A stretch of 62,347 bases of DNA, filler included. It is 12 parts of 12 records of this genome, joined end to end, with 100 filler letters (N's around TTAATTAATTAA, not from the genome) between each part and the next. Parts side by side here need not be neighbours in the genome. Positions count along the whole stretch, not along the records: positions 46,527 to 52,200 come from SRR15195285_5245; positions 52,301 to 57,344 come from SRR15195285_5249; positions 57,445 to 62,347 come from SRR15195285_5252; 9 more parts are not named here. One strand, given 5' to 3'. The first letter of the stretch is position 1. Each line of letters begins with the position of its first letter. The position numbers and the translations under genes are program-made. Below the pieces are notes generated by a model, which searched no databases, was not told the origin of the DNA, and saw only the letters and a program-made list of their open reading frames with translations. Shown here in pieces: positions 49,996-62,277 of this stretch.

Positions 49996-50768
49996 GGCGA
50001 CGGTGGGAGAGGTAGCGTAGTACTCCAGTCGCTGCTGGCGGTCGCTGCTGCTCGGCGGTCCTGACCAGTCGCTTCCTGCCTGCCGCGAGGGCGTGTATCA
50101 CCCCAGCAGGTCGGTTACAACGGCTGGCTGGCGTCGCGTAACTGGCTGTGGTGACTGCGGCAGTGCTGTGCTGTGGTGGTTGCTACTGGCAGTGGTTGGC
50201 CGTCGATTATCTATTGCTCCCAAGCCGCGCCGCATTGTGGTCCCCCCGATTCGCCGCCGATTCCCACCGGCCGCGTGGTGATCGTGATGGACCGTGCGTG
50301 CCTGCCGCGAGGTTGCCGCTCGGATTGCCGGATTCTAATTTGCGGGATCCTTCGTTCCGAAAGGGTTTGAACAGACGAGCGGTTTGCACTTGTAATCAAC
50401 TCCTATTGCATTGTCATTACACCCCGGCGCTACATTTGTGCCGGACACACGTACATTCGGCGGACCGAGGTTCGCTCGAGCGTGCTGCGATGCGTCGCCT
50501 GCAGGCCGCACCCGTGCGCGGCGGGGGATCGCGAGGCGCCGCGCGGCCGACCGACGGCATTTCAACCTCGCTGGCGGAGGCCAACACCGATCACGGCACC
50601 CCGCCCCCCCGCCGCACATTATGGTCGATGATGCCACCGGAGCGAGGCTGCTGATGCTGTGGAGAGCTCGCTCCTCGTGTGGGCGAGGTGTGGAGACGAC
50701 TGAGGGGTGAGGGGTGAAGGCCGAAGCATCGCACAACAACAGCGGGGGCATCCTCTGTCCCGAGAGGT

Positions 50769-52200
50769 ATGGCGGCTGAGACGAACCTCAAGATGGACAC
50801 ACTGTCGCTCAAGGAGTGGCTGCAAGGGCTCGACTGCCCCGGCATGCAAGATGCGCTTGAAGACCAGGTGCGAGCGCCACACCCACTCTCCTACGTGCAT
50901 GCCAATGCGCGCTGCGCACGCCCCTTGGCCCTTGTTCTCACTCACCAGCCCGGCGGCGCAGGGGTTCGAGACGGTCGAGTCTATGCGGCAGCTGGCCGAG
51001 GGTGGGACCGGGCTGACGGATGAGAACCTACAGGAGCTGGCCGAGGAGGCGAGGACGCTGTTGGGCGGGGCGGCCGGGGCGCTGGTCGAGTTCGATCGTC
51101 CAGAGGTTCGAGCGCGGGTGCTGCGCGTGCTCGAGAACGACACGCTGCAGCGCTGGCTCTCAGAACTCCTCAAGGACAACAGCCCAGAGCGACGGCAAGA
51201 GGTTGAGCTGTCACTGCAGCGCGGGGGGTTCATGAGCGTCGCTGATGTCTTGGAGAGCAAGCTGACGGACGCTGACTTAAAGGCACTGGGCATCAAGCAG
51301 ATGCACACGCGGAAAAGGCTCAGCAAAGGCGTCCAGAGGATCGTGGCCTTTGGCGAGCGGCGTGGCATCTTCATGATGGAGGCTGATATCTCGCCAGTGG
51401 AGCGGGCGAGGCGCGCCGTGACAGTTGAGCAGTTCCTCGACGAGCACGGGAAACTGCCAGACGACACGCAGCTGGATGCACTGGCAGCAGTCATCTCGCC
51501 GCCGGATAGGTCGATGTCGCGAGCCGCAGCGGACATTCTCACAGCTTCTTCTGCTGCTGCCCCTGCTGCTGCCGCCGGTGACGATTCGGGCCCCGCCGAC
51601 CAGCAGTCACCAACAGCGAGGCCTCGCGGCTCTGGTGCCGTGCCCGGCTTGCCAGTGACTGCGAAGGGCGCTGGTGCTCAGGCTCAGGCAAAGGCCGAGC
51701 CAATGGGACAGCGTGGCCAAGGTGCCAGCGTGGCCTCCAGCGAGAGCCGCACTCTCTCAGAGACGCGCACGCCTCGTGTCGGAGCCCAGCTGCGCGAGCT
51801 GGTGATAGCGGAGTTTTCATCACGAGTCCAGCTCAATAAGCGGTCACAGCAGCCCACGCACAAAGGTTGGACCGCACGCATCTTGAACAATTTGTACATG
51901 GAGCGCTTCGCGGCGCGAGAAGGCTGGTGGCAGTCGTGCGGCTGGAAGTCTGCTTGGGAGGCACTAAGAGCCTTCCCTGACATTCTTACAGCACCGTACG
52001 CAAAGTTAGACGTGTTTGACCATCATGATGTTCTGATGCCGTCCGAGGATATCTGTGCCGAGAAGATGCCGAAGAAGCCCAGCAAGAGCCGTAGCAAGAG
52101 CCCAAAGAGTAGAGGCCGTGTAGCTCGACATGTTGACGACGAGAGGAGCAGAAGCAGACGCAAAAGCAGACGCAGCCGCAGCCGCAGCCGCAGCCGCAGC
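50769..52200 (+). CDS. Tandem SAM-domain protein with an RS-rich region; 3' truncated
   Basis: Intron 50868-50960. SAM-like segments LKEWLQGL...GFETVE...LTDENLQEL and LQRWL...LTDADLKALGIKQMHTRKRL; RSRSRS tail. Confidence 0.7.
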
Positions 52201-52504
52201 NNNNNNNNNNNNNNNNNNNNNNNNNNNNNNNNNNNNNNNNNNNNTTAATTAATTAANNNNNNNNNNNNNNNNNNNNNNNNNNNNNNNNNNNNNNNNNNNN
52301 CAGACTGGTTGCGCAGCTGACTTTGGGGCGTACTGTGCTTAGCGATGTGCCCAGGTTGGGACAACTGATGATTGTCGATCATAATTGTGAATATAATATG
52401 TACCGGCGGCGCCCGGGGCGCGCGGGTATATATATCGTAGCGCATTCCGTCGTCATCGCGAGCCAGCGGAACGGTTGCGCCCATCAGTCCGGGGTGCGGT
52501 CGGG

Positions 52505-53417
52505 ATGCGGTTGAGTGCGGCGTATCTGTCAGTGGCCACTGCATCGCTCATCCTTGGTTTGCCGTGCAGCGTGGAAGGGCGCCACCATGGCAAGCGACGC
52601 TCAAAGTCCGGCCCGAGCCTGTAAGAACAGATTCATCACTCCCGACTCCGCTCTGACATATGCCCAGCGTCTGAAATTTCACTCTGGACCTCAACCCATA
52701 TCATCTGGCATGTTGAGAGCCCGTGGTTTGCACGATGTGTGTGGTGTGGTGCGATCCATCATTGCCGGTCGGGGCAGGTATGAGCTGAAGGGCCTCCTTG
52801 ACATCAGTGGGAATCAAGTGGACATGTCGGCCTTCGCAGGGCGAGTCTCGCTGGTCGTTAACGTGGCCAGCGCATGAGGCGCGACGGAGCGCGACTGTGC
52901 GTCTGGATTGCTTGCTCGCCCAGTCCACGTAGCGCACCATTACTGACCCTGTGTGTTCACTGCTGATTTTGTTACGGGCGCAGATGCACAGCTGGTGGAT
53001 CTGCACACGGAGTTCGCATCTTCAGGGCTGGAAATTCTCGCATTCCCATGCAATGAGTTTGGCGGGCAGGAGCCTGGCACGAACGAAGAAGTCGCGGCGT
53101 TCGCTGCGACCAAACGTGTGGGTTTCACGATGTTTGCGAAGACAAATGTCAACGCGAAGTGCTCGTTGCCGAAGACCAGCTGTCAGCCGCACTCGTCGGC
53201 CTGCTGTCCCTCCAACTCTGGAGTATTCGACGTGCTCCGCAGAGCGCTCCCAGCAAATGAGGGCGGTCCGCTGAGCTGGAACTTCGAAAAGTTTTTGGTT
53301 GGACGGGACGGTCGTACAATCGCCCGCTTTCCTACAAACACGCCGCCCAAGCAGCTTGTACCACAACTACGCCGGGCTCTCGCTGCGGAACCGCCCGGCG
53401 CGAAGCAAGATCTATAA
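52505..53417 (+). CDS. GPX: Selenocysteine glutathione peroxidase with a signal peptide and a KDEL-like end (KQDL); 3 exons
   Basis: Introns 52621-52777 and 52897-52983 give MRLSAAYLSVATASLILGLPCSVEG...SLYEL...VVNVASA-U(TGA 52875-52877)-GATERDY...ILAFPCNEFGGQEPG...WNFEKFLV. The TGA sits exactly at the catalytic position. Confidence 0.93.
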
Positions 53418-53432
53418 GATAGATTATACCAG

Positions 53433-53560
53433 TGTGCGCCACCACCCACACACCCACATGACGGAACGTGATGAACAGCTCAACGATGATGGCGGGCTCA
53501 CTGCCGCTCGCCAGCACACTTAAGCTCACGTACCTGATGGGTACAAAGGATGGTGTGCGC
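53433..53560 (+). promoter_or_regulatory. SECIS element in the GPx 3' UTR (extended apical arm)
   Basis: Core ATGAC 53458-53462 opposite TGAT 53535-53538 gives the tandem G.A quartet. Helix II: ggaacgtga 53463-53471 with tcacgtacc 53526-53534. AA at 53474-53475 lies 12 nt after ATGA. Helix I: accc/gggt and cacca/tggtg. Confidence 0.75.
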
Positions 53561-53774
53561 TGCCTGCGTAGACCTTGCTAGCGCGCGAAGGTAGACCGCT
53601 CGAAAGGACAACCAACTATGAATCGAGGTGCAGTTCAGATCGTTGAAATGAATGTACTCAGGTTCATGTTGTATCTTGAACAACCAGGTAATCCGCCGGC
53701 ACATCTTTGGATTTCCTACGCTTCCTCTTGGTCCGATGAATAGACGGGCCGGGGTTTCTGCTTATCGCCTTGCT

Positions 53775-56700
53775 TTAAGGGTCTGGCGGAGAGCCCGGCA
53801 CGCGCCGTGCCCGGAACGCACTACTCGCTGAATCTTGATCTCCTATTCTTGTCACAGCACTCTCTTCTTCAATTGGTGTTGCGATTGCCCCGAGTGCGGC
53901 TTTGCCTCCTCTAAACCCTCCATCGCGTGAGGGTGAAATGGGTGGTGTGCCGAGGCTACCATTGCTACGAGCCCCCCCAGATCCCGTGCTGTCTGCGAGG
54001 CTCACGCCACTCTCGGAATCTATGGAGGCCCGCAGTCGCCTCTCGGCCTGCGCGAAAATCAGATGGATCAGACATCGTGCACAAAACCCATGCTAGAACA
54101 AAACAGGCCCGACTGATGGTTACGACTCAAGACTTACCTGTGGTATGGCCCAGCTGAGCTGCTCAGAAGCTACACGGAGCCGACCGTCTGCCTCATCTGC
54201 TCGACGAGACTCTCGCTCAAGCAGACGTGACAGCCGATCGTTGTCTTGGTGCAGAGCTCCTACATCGCAACCACGCAAAGCAAACAAAAGGACACAATGA
54301 GCATACGACGAATCAGCAGGCGGTTTGACAGGCCATAAAGACTTCGCAAAAGCTGGAGCTAGTCGATCACCGAGACGCTCGTTTTCTGCGCGGAGTGCTC
54401 CGACCTCCGCCAGTGCACTGTCTCTCCGTGTCTCGGCACTACGTAGTGCCAAAGTTGCCGCTGTGTACTCGGACTCAGTTGCAGAGACTCTCGTAGCCTC
54501 TGCGTGCTTTTGCGCTCGCAACTCCAGAATTTCTGCCTTGGCCTCGGCTGCGCAACAAAACCCAATCAGATCAAAGTTATTGTGCTATGAGATACTGGTT
54601 AATCACACCCGTCACCAAGGGATAACCATGCATGGTCATCTCAAAGGTATACACACGCAGTTACGTGAGCTGCAAGACCTCTACATCGGCACTTGGTGAA
54701 CTTACCTAGCGATTTAGAAGCGGAGGTCCGTGCTTCCGTCTGCGCTGCGACGGCTCCGAGATGAGACTGTGTCAACTTAGCGTTCTCTTCCTGATAACAT
54801 ACATTGATTCGATCAGCATCGCACTGCATAACGTGACGAAAGGATGTAGAGCTACATATTTTTGTTCAGACATGCGTGCTCGACTAGCACTAGCTTAGGT
54901 GAGATGATGGTGTCGCGTGTGGCTGAAAAGTCACCTTTTGTCGGTTGTTCGAATTTCGGAGCCGAAGAAGCTCCGCATCCCGCTCTTCCATCGATGTTTC
55001 CAGTTTTGCGACCCGTGCCACAAGTATCTGGCGGCTCGTCTCAGCCTCTTGATCGCGCTCGTGGGTCCGACGATCAGTAGCCTCGATGATGGTCTGCTGC
55101 CGTTCGTGCTTCTGCTCAAGATCGGCAACCGTCTGTTCCCACAACCTCCGCTCCTCGGCCAACTGGGCCTCCGCCTCCTCCGTTCGCTGCAGAAGTACCT
55201 CTCGTGCAGCAACAAGCTCTTCCACAGCATCGCTTCGCACGCCATCTACCTGCTGTTTCGCTTGCAACTGAGCACGCAGCTTAGCCAGCTCCAGGTCACG
55301 ATCACGTAGTCCTTGCGCAAGCTGTGCAGCTGCGTGTTCTGCACGAGCTGAAGCAATTGCCGCCTCGTTCCGTGCCAACCCCAGGTCGTTCTCGGCCGCA
55401 TTCACCCGCCTATGCAGCGTGTCAACATGGTTTCTTGCTTCCTCTGTTGCCTGCTGTGCGTCTGCCAGCTCGTTCCTCAGCTGCTCTTGCTCCGCCCGAG
55501 CTCGGAGTTCTTGCGTGCGGCTCTGGCGTGTTGCTTCAGCCCGTTCCGTGTCCGCTGTTTGTCGGGCTTCCTCCAGTTGTGCACGCAGGCTGGCTGTAGT
55601 GGCGGCAGCACCTGATGCCACCTCGCCTACGGCCTGCTCCGCAGCTTTTCGGCTCATACTCATCGCAGAGGCCGAATTTTTCTTCAGTTCAGCTAGCTCT
55701 TTGCGAAGCTCTCCATTCTTCCGCGCCATCGTATCGAGCTCAACACTTGTCTGGGCCTCCATGTCCGTTCGTACTTTCACAAGCTGCTCCGCCATCCGGC
55801 GCTCTGCGTCCATCACCTGAATATCGGCACTCTCAGCAGTGGTGCGCATCTTGGCAGTGACGTCGTTAAGATTTTTGTTGAGTGCAGCTTTCTCCTCATT
55901 AGCCATTGTGAGCAGCTCCTGTGCCTGCTTCAGTCGCGACTCAAGGAGCTCCGCTCTGTCAGACTCCTTCTGTGCCGCTATTTCGGTCTGTTGCACTCGT
56001 TCGAGCTGCTCAACAAGTGTCTCACGCACTTCCTCGGAGTCTCGCAGCTGACGCAATGTATCTTGGAGCTTTTCGTGTGTAAAAGTCACTTGCTCTTCCA
56101 AGCCTGACTTTTGGAAATCGGCGTCTCGCCGCGAAGTGTTAAGCATCGCGTTGGCACGCTGCTCTGTAGCTACAACAAGCTTAAGGTCAGCATTCTCTGC
56201 TTTCAGCGTCGCATGCTGTCTCTTCAGCGCATTCAGCCCTACTGTCAACTCGGAAACCCGACGCTCTGACCGACCAGCCTGCTCCTCCATCAGCCGCGCT
56301 TGCTCAAACGCGCGTTGATACTCAGCTTCAACCACCTGGGATGTACGGCTCGACGCCAGCATCTCTTCCGCATACTGCAGGCCCTCGCGGAGCGCACCAA
56401 CTTCACGCGCCTCGCGTTCTTCTGCAGTCTGCAACGCTACGACTGCGCGCATTTCTGCTTCACGAGCCACCTTCACTTCGTGAACCCTGCGGCGCTCAGT
56501 TTCGTCGCTCTCGTTCTGCACTCTACGCAACTCTGTCTGCGATAGCGCTAGCGCCTCTGCATGTGCGGCATCCTGCGCCTCGTGTTCTGCTCGTTTTCGT
56601 GCCAATAGCACCTTCAGCTCATCAACAGTCGCAACCGTTTGCGCGTCTGCGTCAGCAATGCGTGCCTCTGCGACCTGCAGCTGCCGAGTGAGATTTGTAA

Positions 56701-57344
56701 TGGTGTCTGTATCTTGTTCGGTCTGATCTTCGGCTGCAGCTAGCCGTGACGCTCGCTCTTCTGCTATCCTGCGTTGGACATTCAGTTCCTCTTCCAGGCT
56801 GTCCACTGCTGCTCTTGACTCTGCTGCCGAGCGCTGTAAAGACGCCTCGTTTTCTCTGTGCAAGTTCGACATTTGCATGAACAACTTGGAGTCCCTGACT
56901 AACGCTTGATTCAAATCTTCTGCTGCAGTATGTGCGGTGGTGGGTAGGTGCTCTTGCACAAGAGCGCGAACCCAGCTGCCGAATGTGTTCTTTTTCAAGG
57001 TGCGTGTGCGTGAAGCATTTGTCCGGTGCAGGATCACACTGTATCGAATAGCTGTTTCTGTGTAAACATGCCACACCTGCAGAACAGCTGCTCCGTGCTT
57101 CTTACGTTTGCGCCCAAGTAGCTGAGAAAGCAAACTCTCACGTGCACTACTTGCCTTGGCTTCGTACGCGTCAACTATTATCTGGTGCTTCGTGTTTCGT
57201 GACCACTCTGCCCAGGTGCTGAGGGCTGTCGAAAGCAATCCATGTTGCATCCGCATGATGAGGGCCCGCAAACGATATCGCATTTGCCGTTCATCCGATG
57301 CAAAATTCACCCAGGTGTTCCACGCTGCTGTCAGATCTGCCTTC
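53775..57344 (-). CDS. Long coiled-coil protein with Sfi1-like Trp repeats; multi-exon, 5' partial
   Basis: 806-aa heptad-rich ORF plus downstream exons. Periodic AWNTW / ALSTW / VLQVW / TFGSW motifs near the N-terminal end. Confidence 0.72.
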
Positions 57345-57665
57345 NNNNNNNNNNNNNNNNNNNNNNNNNNNNNNNNNNNNNNNNNNNNTTAATTAATTAA
57401 NNNNNNNNNNNNNNNNNNNNNNNNNNNNNNNNNNNNNNNNNNNNAGCTAGTTGCCCTATCATTCGACGTCGTACGCAGTACGCCGGGGATGGATCGACTG
57501 GGTTCAGCTCCTTCCTGCCGTTCGTCTATCGACTGTACTAGTAGTCCCACGCACTGGGCTTTCAGCTCTCCTCTGTGTGTGGTGGCTTATCGCTGCTGCT
57601 AATTGCCAACTCACTCCACAGCGACAGGCGCAAACTGTTTCATACACTGTGGTTTGATGCTGCAG

Positions 57666-59487
57666 AGAGTCCAGGGCGATTCCACTGGCTGGGCCATCCA
57701 CGCAGTCGCCCACGCTGGCGGCGCTGGCGCAGCAGCTCGCTACACTGACGCAGCAAGTGGAGCACCTACAAGCACACGGTAAGACTTCCCGCCTGTGTTA
57801 GGAGCAGCAAGCAGTGGCGCGTTGACAGTCTACCGCACTCACCGTGCCACTGAAACGATGGGGATGGTGTCGCCAGGCGCGCCCCAGGCATCGGCGTCGA
57901 CCGTCCGCGCCACCGACTTCGGAGCGGTGGGCGACGGAGTACATGACGATACGCGTGGCCTGCAGGCCGCCATCGACCACGCCCGCAACAGCTCACTTGT
58001 GCTGCGCTTCCCCGTTGGGAAGTATCGCATCACTGGCTATCTGGACTGGGGGAACTGGGCCGGGATCGCCGTTCGGGGGGCTGAGCCGAGCAACGCTGGC
58101 ATCTCGGGCGGACATGGCTTGGTGCAGATCATTGCCGACCAGGTTAACAGCACCGCCCACGACTTCACCGGCTGTGGCTACGGGTACATCGAGGGGATTG
58201 ACTTCGTCGGCCACTGCAGTGGCGCGATGGTCCTGAACGGCCGCACAGCAAGCGGTGGTTATGGATCAGACCTCATTTTCCGACGCTGCAACTTCGGCGG
58301 TGCACCGAGGGGCGCGTTCGTTGACCACATGGGAGAGGTTATCACGTGGGAGGGCTGCAAATTTCACGGGCACAGCGACAACGGGCCAGGATTGGTAGTA
58401 ACCTGGCGCGCTGATTCGAGACGCTGGAACGTGACCGCACCCAGTGGGCGCAACCTGACAAAGGGAGTTTCTGTAACGCAATACCGCATGTACGGAGGCG
58501 AGCTCACCGGCGACAACGGAGCTATGATCATCCTCGACATGGGCGACGCGCCAACAAATGGTGGAGATTTCTCGGCGTTTGGAACGTACTTTGCGACCTC
58601 TGGTGACAATATTGCAGCGGTTGAGATCGCAGGAGCTTGGAACAACTTCATACTGGACGGAAGCCGCGACGAGGTAGACTGTGGCTTGAAATGCTCGTTT
58701 TCATTGAGACTGTGAGGGCAATTGGCCAACTGACAACGCGATTCACTAATGTTTCTCAGGAAACGGACATGCCTCGAAACGTACATCGAGGATTTGTCAA
58801 ACTTGTAGGGGGTGCCTCACTTCGCGACTTCCGCGTTCACGGTTACGGAGATGGCGACGAGGCAGGGCCGATCGTGCGTGGCAACGGAAGTCTTCTCGGT
58901 AATTCTCATCGTCACTTCAGTTCAATCCTATTGATTCCTTCATGGACTGACTCAAACTTCATCGCCCGGTAGGAGGTACAATCGTCACTGGGGCAGGGGG
59001 CGGCCTGGAGCTCGATGGAGACGTTGTTGCGGTTGACTATCGCAGCGCGAACGCGATCACTCTCAGAGTGAACGGGAACGTCCAGCGCAGCAGCTTCCGC
59101 CAGGGTGCCGTGGCGCAACCGTTGAAGATCAACGTCACGGGCGCACTAGATATCGATGACGGTACAGGAGGAATCCTGGTGCAACAAAGCGCATTGTACG
59201 GCCACGGCGATGTGGCGCGATGGGATTGTGGTGAGGGAGCGGCAGCGGCAGCTGGATTGTACCTCGCGGAGTTTGCTGGCGACCAGATGCTGGTGCACTG
59301 CTCACTTGCAGGCGGCCAGGCGGCGATGTCAATTAGCAGTCATCACGATGCAGCCAACATTACAGGGAATAAAGGCATCGGGAAGCTTTCTGTGGCAGCA
59401 TCCAGCATTGGCACACTGGGTGGACAATTGATGGCTACGATGACGGGCACTGGAGGTTACTTCACTGTGAGGCGCGTTGCCTTGTAG
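57666..59487 (+). CDS. Pectate_lyase_3-like (right-handed beta-helix) carbohydrate-active protein; 5' end unresolved
   Basis: Signature VRATDFGAVGDGVHDDTRGLQAAID...LRFPVGKYRIT and Gly/Asn-rich beta-helix sequence. Introns 57779-57876, 58674-58759 and 58899-58972. Confidence 0.8.
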
Positions 59488-59559
59488 GATGTGCATCACC
59501 GTACGCAATGCATTCGCAGGCACGTACGTACACACATAGCACGCGCGCGCCAGCTCTAG

Positions 59560-60940
59560 CTATGCCAGCGTGATCTTGAACTTCGCCAGGTGCACATTGC
59601 CACAAGAGGTAGGCAAAATCGCGTCGGCACCATTAGGAGGCAGTTCTGTGCGATTAGCACAGTCGGTGTATCGGCGCGTAAAGAGCATCGTGGCAAACCC
59701 ATCTCCTTCATCGATAATGCCAAGTGGAGTGCGGCAGCCTCCGGGAAGGAGCACGCTAACACCTTTCGACCAGTGAAGCCCGTCACGAGAAGTCGACAGT
59801 CCGAACCCACGGTGCTCACTATACACGGTGTCAAACACTGCCACGTACACGATGTCTCCTGTGCTTCTGCTGTTGCCACTTGCCACAGGCAGCTGCACCT
59901 TCGATACCACAGGGTTTTCGTTGTAGGCGGAGGTATTGGTTCCGATCGAAGCGAGCCCGGCCGTCGCAGAGCTCTCCTCGACCACCCAGGGTCCGCGCGG
60001 GCTATCCGCCGTCGCGAGAAGGTGATTTTCTGCCACGAATGCAGCGAGTCTGCCGTCGGGGAGCTCGAACGGTGCAAGTTGATCAATGTACCACCCAGAT
60101 GAGTGGGAAATATTTCCCCAGCGGTGAGCTGGATCGCTTGCGTTCGGGCCAATGACAACCCCATACGTCTCGTAAGGTCCAGCAATGCCTTCCTTGCCCT
60201 TGACAGTAGACCGTGCTCCAAAAATATTGCCTCCCTGCAAAGCATCGCACACCCGAGGCAGCGTTCAGCGAAGCGAGCGCACCAGACAAAGTCGCACGCG
60301 CCTGGACCACTCACGCCAACGGCCACGAACCATGTGCCATCACACATGTATGACACAAATAGCACGTGCCACGCGTCTTCTGCTTCGCAAAAAATTGGGA
60401 ACGGCGCCCACGGCGACGCTAGCAGGTCGCTGGCATCGCAATCGTACACCATTTGCATGACGAAACGATTCCGCACCGCACCTTTCCACCTGCTCCGATG
60501 AAAACAGCACAGATCAATTCCGATATAAACCGATCAGTGCGCACTGGGTACTAGCAATGCGGTACCCACGTGCAGTACGGCTGGTTGCACTGCTGCGTGA
60601 AGCTGAGCAAAGGATAGCTCTGATTGCTTTGCTGGATAGTGCGCTCGCGCCGCCACGGGCCGTCCGGCACGTCTGCGGACCACAGCGCGACGCGCATATT
60701 GGCATCGAGCGGCTGCGCGAACATCTCCGCAGCAAAGTAGTAGTATCGTCCGCCCTGCTTGATGGCGCGGCCGCCCTCGAAGCCGAACTGATTGTCCTCA
60801 GTACCGGGCGTCGAAAGCGTGTCAATCACCGGCCCCGCGGACTGTGAGACGAACCTCAGCCGCACCGCCGGCTCCGGCAGTAGCCTCTCTGCGGTGCGTG
60901 CGCAAGGAATCAGCAGCAGCGCCAGCAGCGCCGACAGCAT
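59560..60940 (-). CDS. Secreted beta-propeller glycoside-hydrolase-like protein; 3 exons
   Basis: Signal peptide MLSALLALLLIPCARTA; 80-nt introns 60490-60569 and 60235-60314. Propeller-type motifs GFEGG..K.GGRYYYF, PDGPW, SPWAP, GPW, ENPVV, STSRDGLHW, RTPLG. Confidence 0.68.
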
Positions 60941-61551
60941 CGTGTTCAGGCAACGGTTGCCGGCTTCGTTGGCGTGGCCGAAGCACGGCGAACGTTGAGT
61001 AGCGCAGTACTGGTACCAGTACGCAGTAGCCTCCCTGCTGCTTCATGCTTCATTCGATTCATGCTTGTGATGAACATCAGACATGCATGTGACGATATCG
61101 GATATGTCGAATGCGAGCCCGCCGAGCCGCGCGGTGTCTCGCTCGCGGATTCCGGTCATTGTGTCGATTCTCGATTGTTCGAATTGTGGACATGGCCCGG
61201 GTCCATTACGATTTACGTGTTACGCCTCCATTCACGAAAAATTTCACCATTCACCATTCACCATTGTCCTTTGTCGATTGTGGACTGACGCGCGGTCCCG
61301 CGCTCGCGCCGCTCTCAGGTCTCAGCGGCGCTGGCTCTCGCGCCGGTGCGGTCGGTGCGTCCGGGTGCGGTCGCGCCGTCGCTGGCAGCGCACATGGCGG
61401 CCCTCCCTGGGTGACGGCGTGCCGCTGCGCAGTGGGCTAGTGGGACCGGTGGTACTGGTAGCTAGGGGCCGCTTGGGCCAGGGCGGGTGCGTGTCGCAGT
61501 GCTCGCAGCCGCTCGGGCAGGACGGCTTTGGCAGCGCGTGGTACTACAGCG

Positions 61552-62277
61552 ATGAGCGACGTGCTCACGAAGCGAGAGCGGGGGGTGATGTGGCAGCACC
61601 GGATCCTGAACGTGGCCTGGGAGTTGAAGTTTGGCATGAGCTCAAGCAGCCTAATGCTCAAGCTGCTCGAGCTGAGTGGGAATGACACGGCTGTGATCGC
61701 GCAGGCGAACAGCGTGCACTGGGCTGTGAACGGCTTCTTGCAGTTGTTCGGCACGCCGCTCGCCGGCGCACTGTCGGACTCGATTGGGCGCAAGCCTCTC
61801 TGGGCGCTCGGCCGGTGCAGCAAGCTGGTCTGGTTCATGGGGTCGCACCGTGCGACGAGCATGAACACGTACGTTGTAGCCTGCATTCTCGCGTGGGGTG
61901 TCGGCGACCTGGGCACACTTTCAGTCCAGGAGGCGGCATGGGCGGACGTCTTCGGAGACCGCCCCGAGCTCTCGGCGCGGCTGAAGGCCAGCAATCAGGT
62001 GTGGACAGGCATCGCAGGGCTGGTCGGCCCAATCATTGGGGCGCAGTTGTCACTGCAGTCGGCGACGATCGGTTTTTTCGTCTCGGCCGCGATGTGCATC
62101 ATAGAAGCAGCCATGGTGATGGCGTCACGTGAGTCGCTACCCAAGAACGAGCGCAAGCCGTTCGTAGGGATCATGCCGCTGCTGAAGAAAGCCAACCCGT
62201 TTTCTTCGATTGGGCTGCTGTTCATGAATGGCCCTGGCCTGCGCGCCCTCGGCATCAGCGCGGGCTTTTTGCGCGCG
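61552..62277 (+). CDS. MFS transporter (TetA/DHA1-like); runs off the window and is absent from the ORF track
   Basis: Open frame from ATG 61552 with MFS motif A, PLAGALSDSIGRKPL, plus AAWADV, GLVGPIIG, RESLP, ANPF; donor gtgcgt at 62278. Confidence 0.85.

Noticed and set aside
52587-52877. GPx as a pseudogene, or starting at the Kozak-like ATG 52587
   Set aside because: The TGA is at the Sec position with a SECIS downstream. ATG 52505 plus intron 52621-52777 gives a signal peptide and the conserved SLYEL start.
4912-57444. Regularly recurring TTAATTAATTAA as a biological repeat or CRISPR-like array
   Set aside because: Always centred in identical N-padded 100-nt blocks, so it is an assembly linker.
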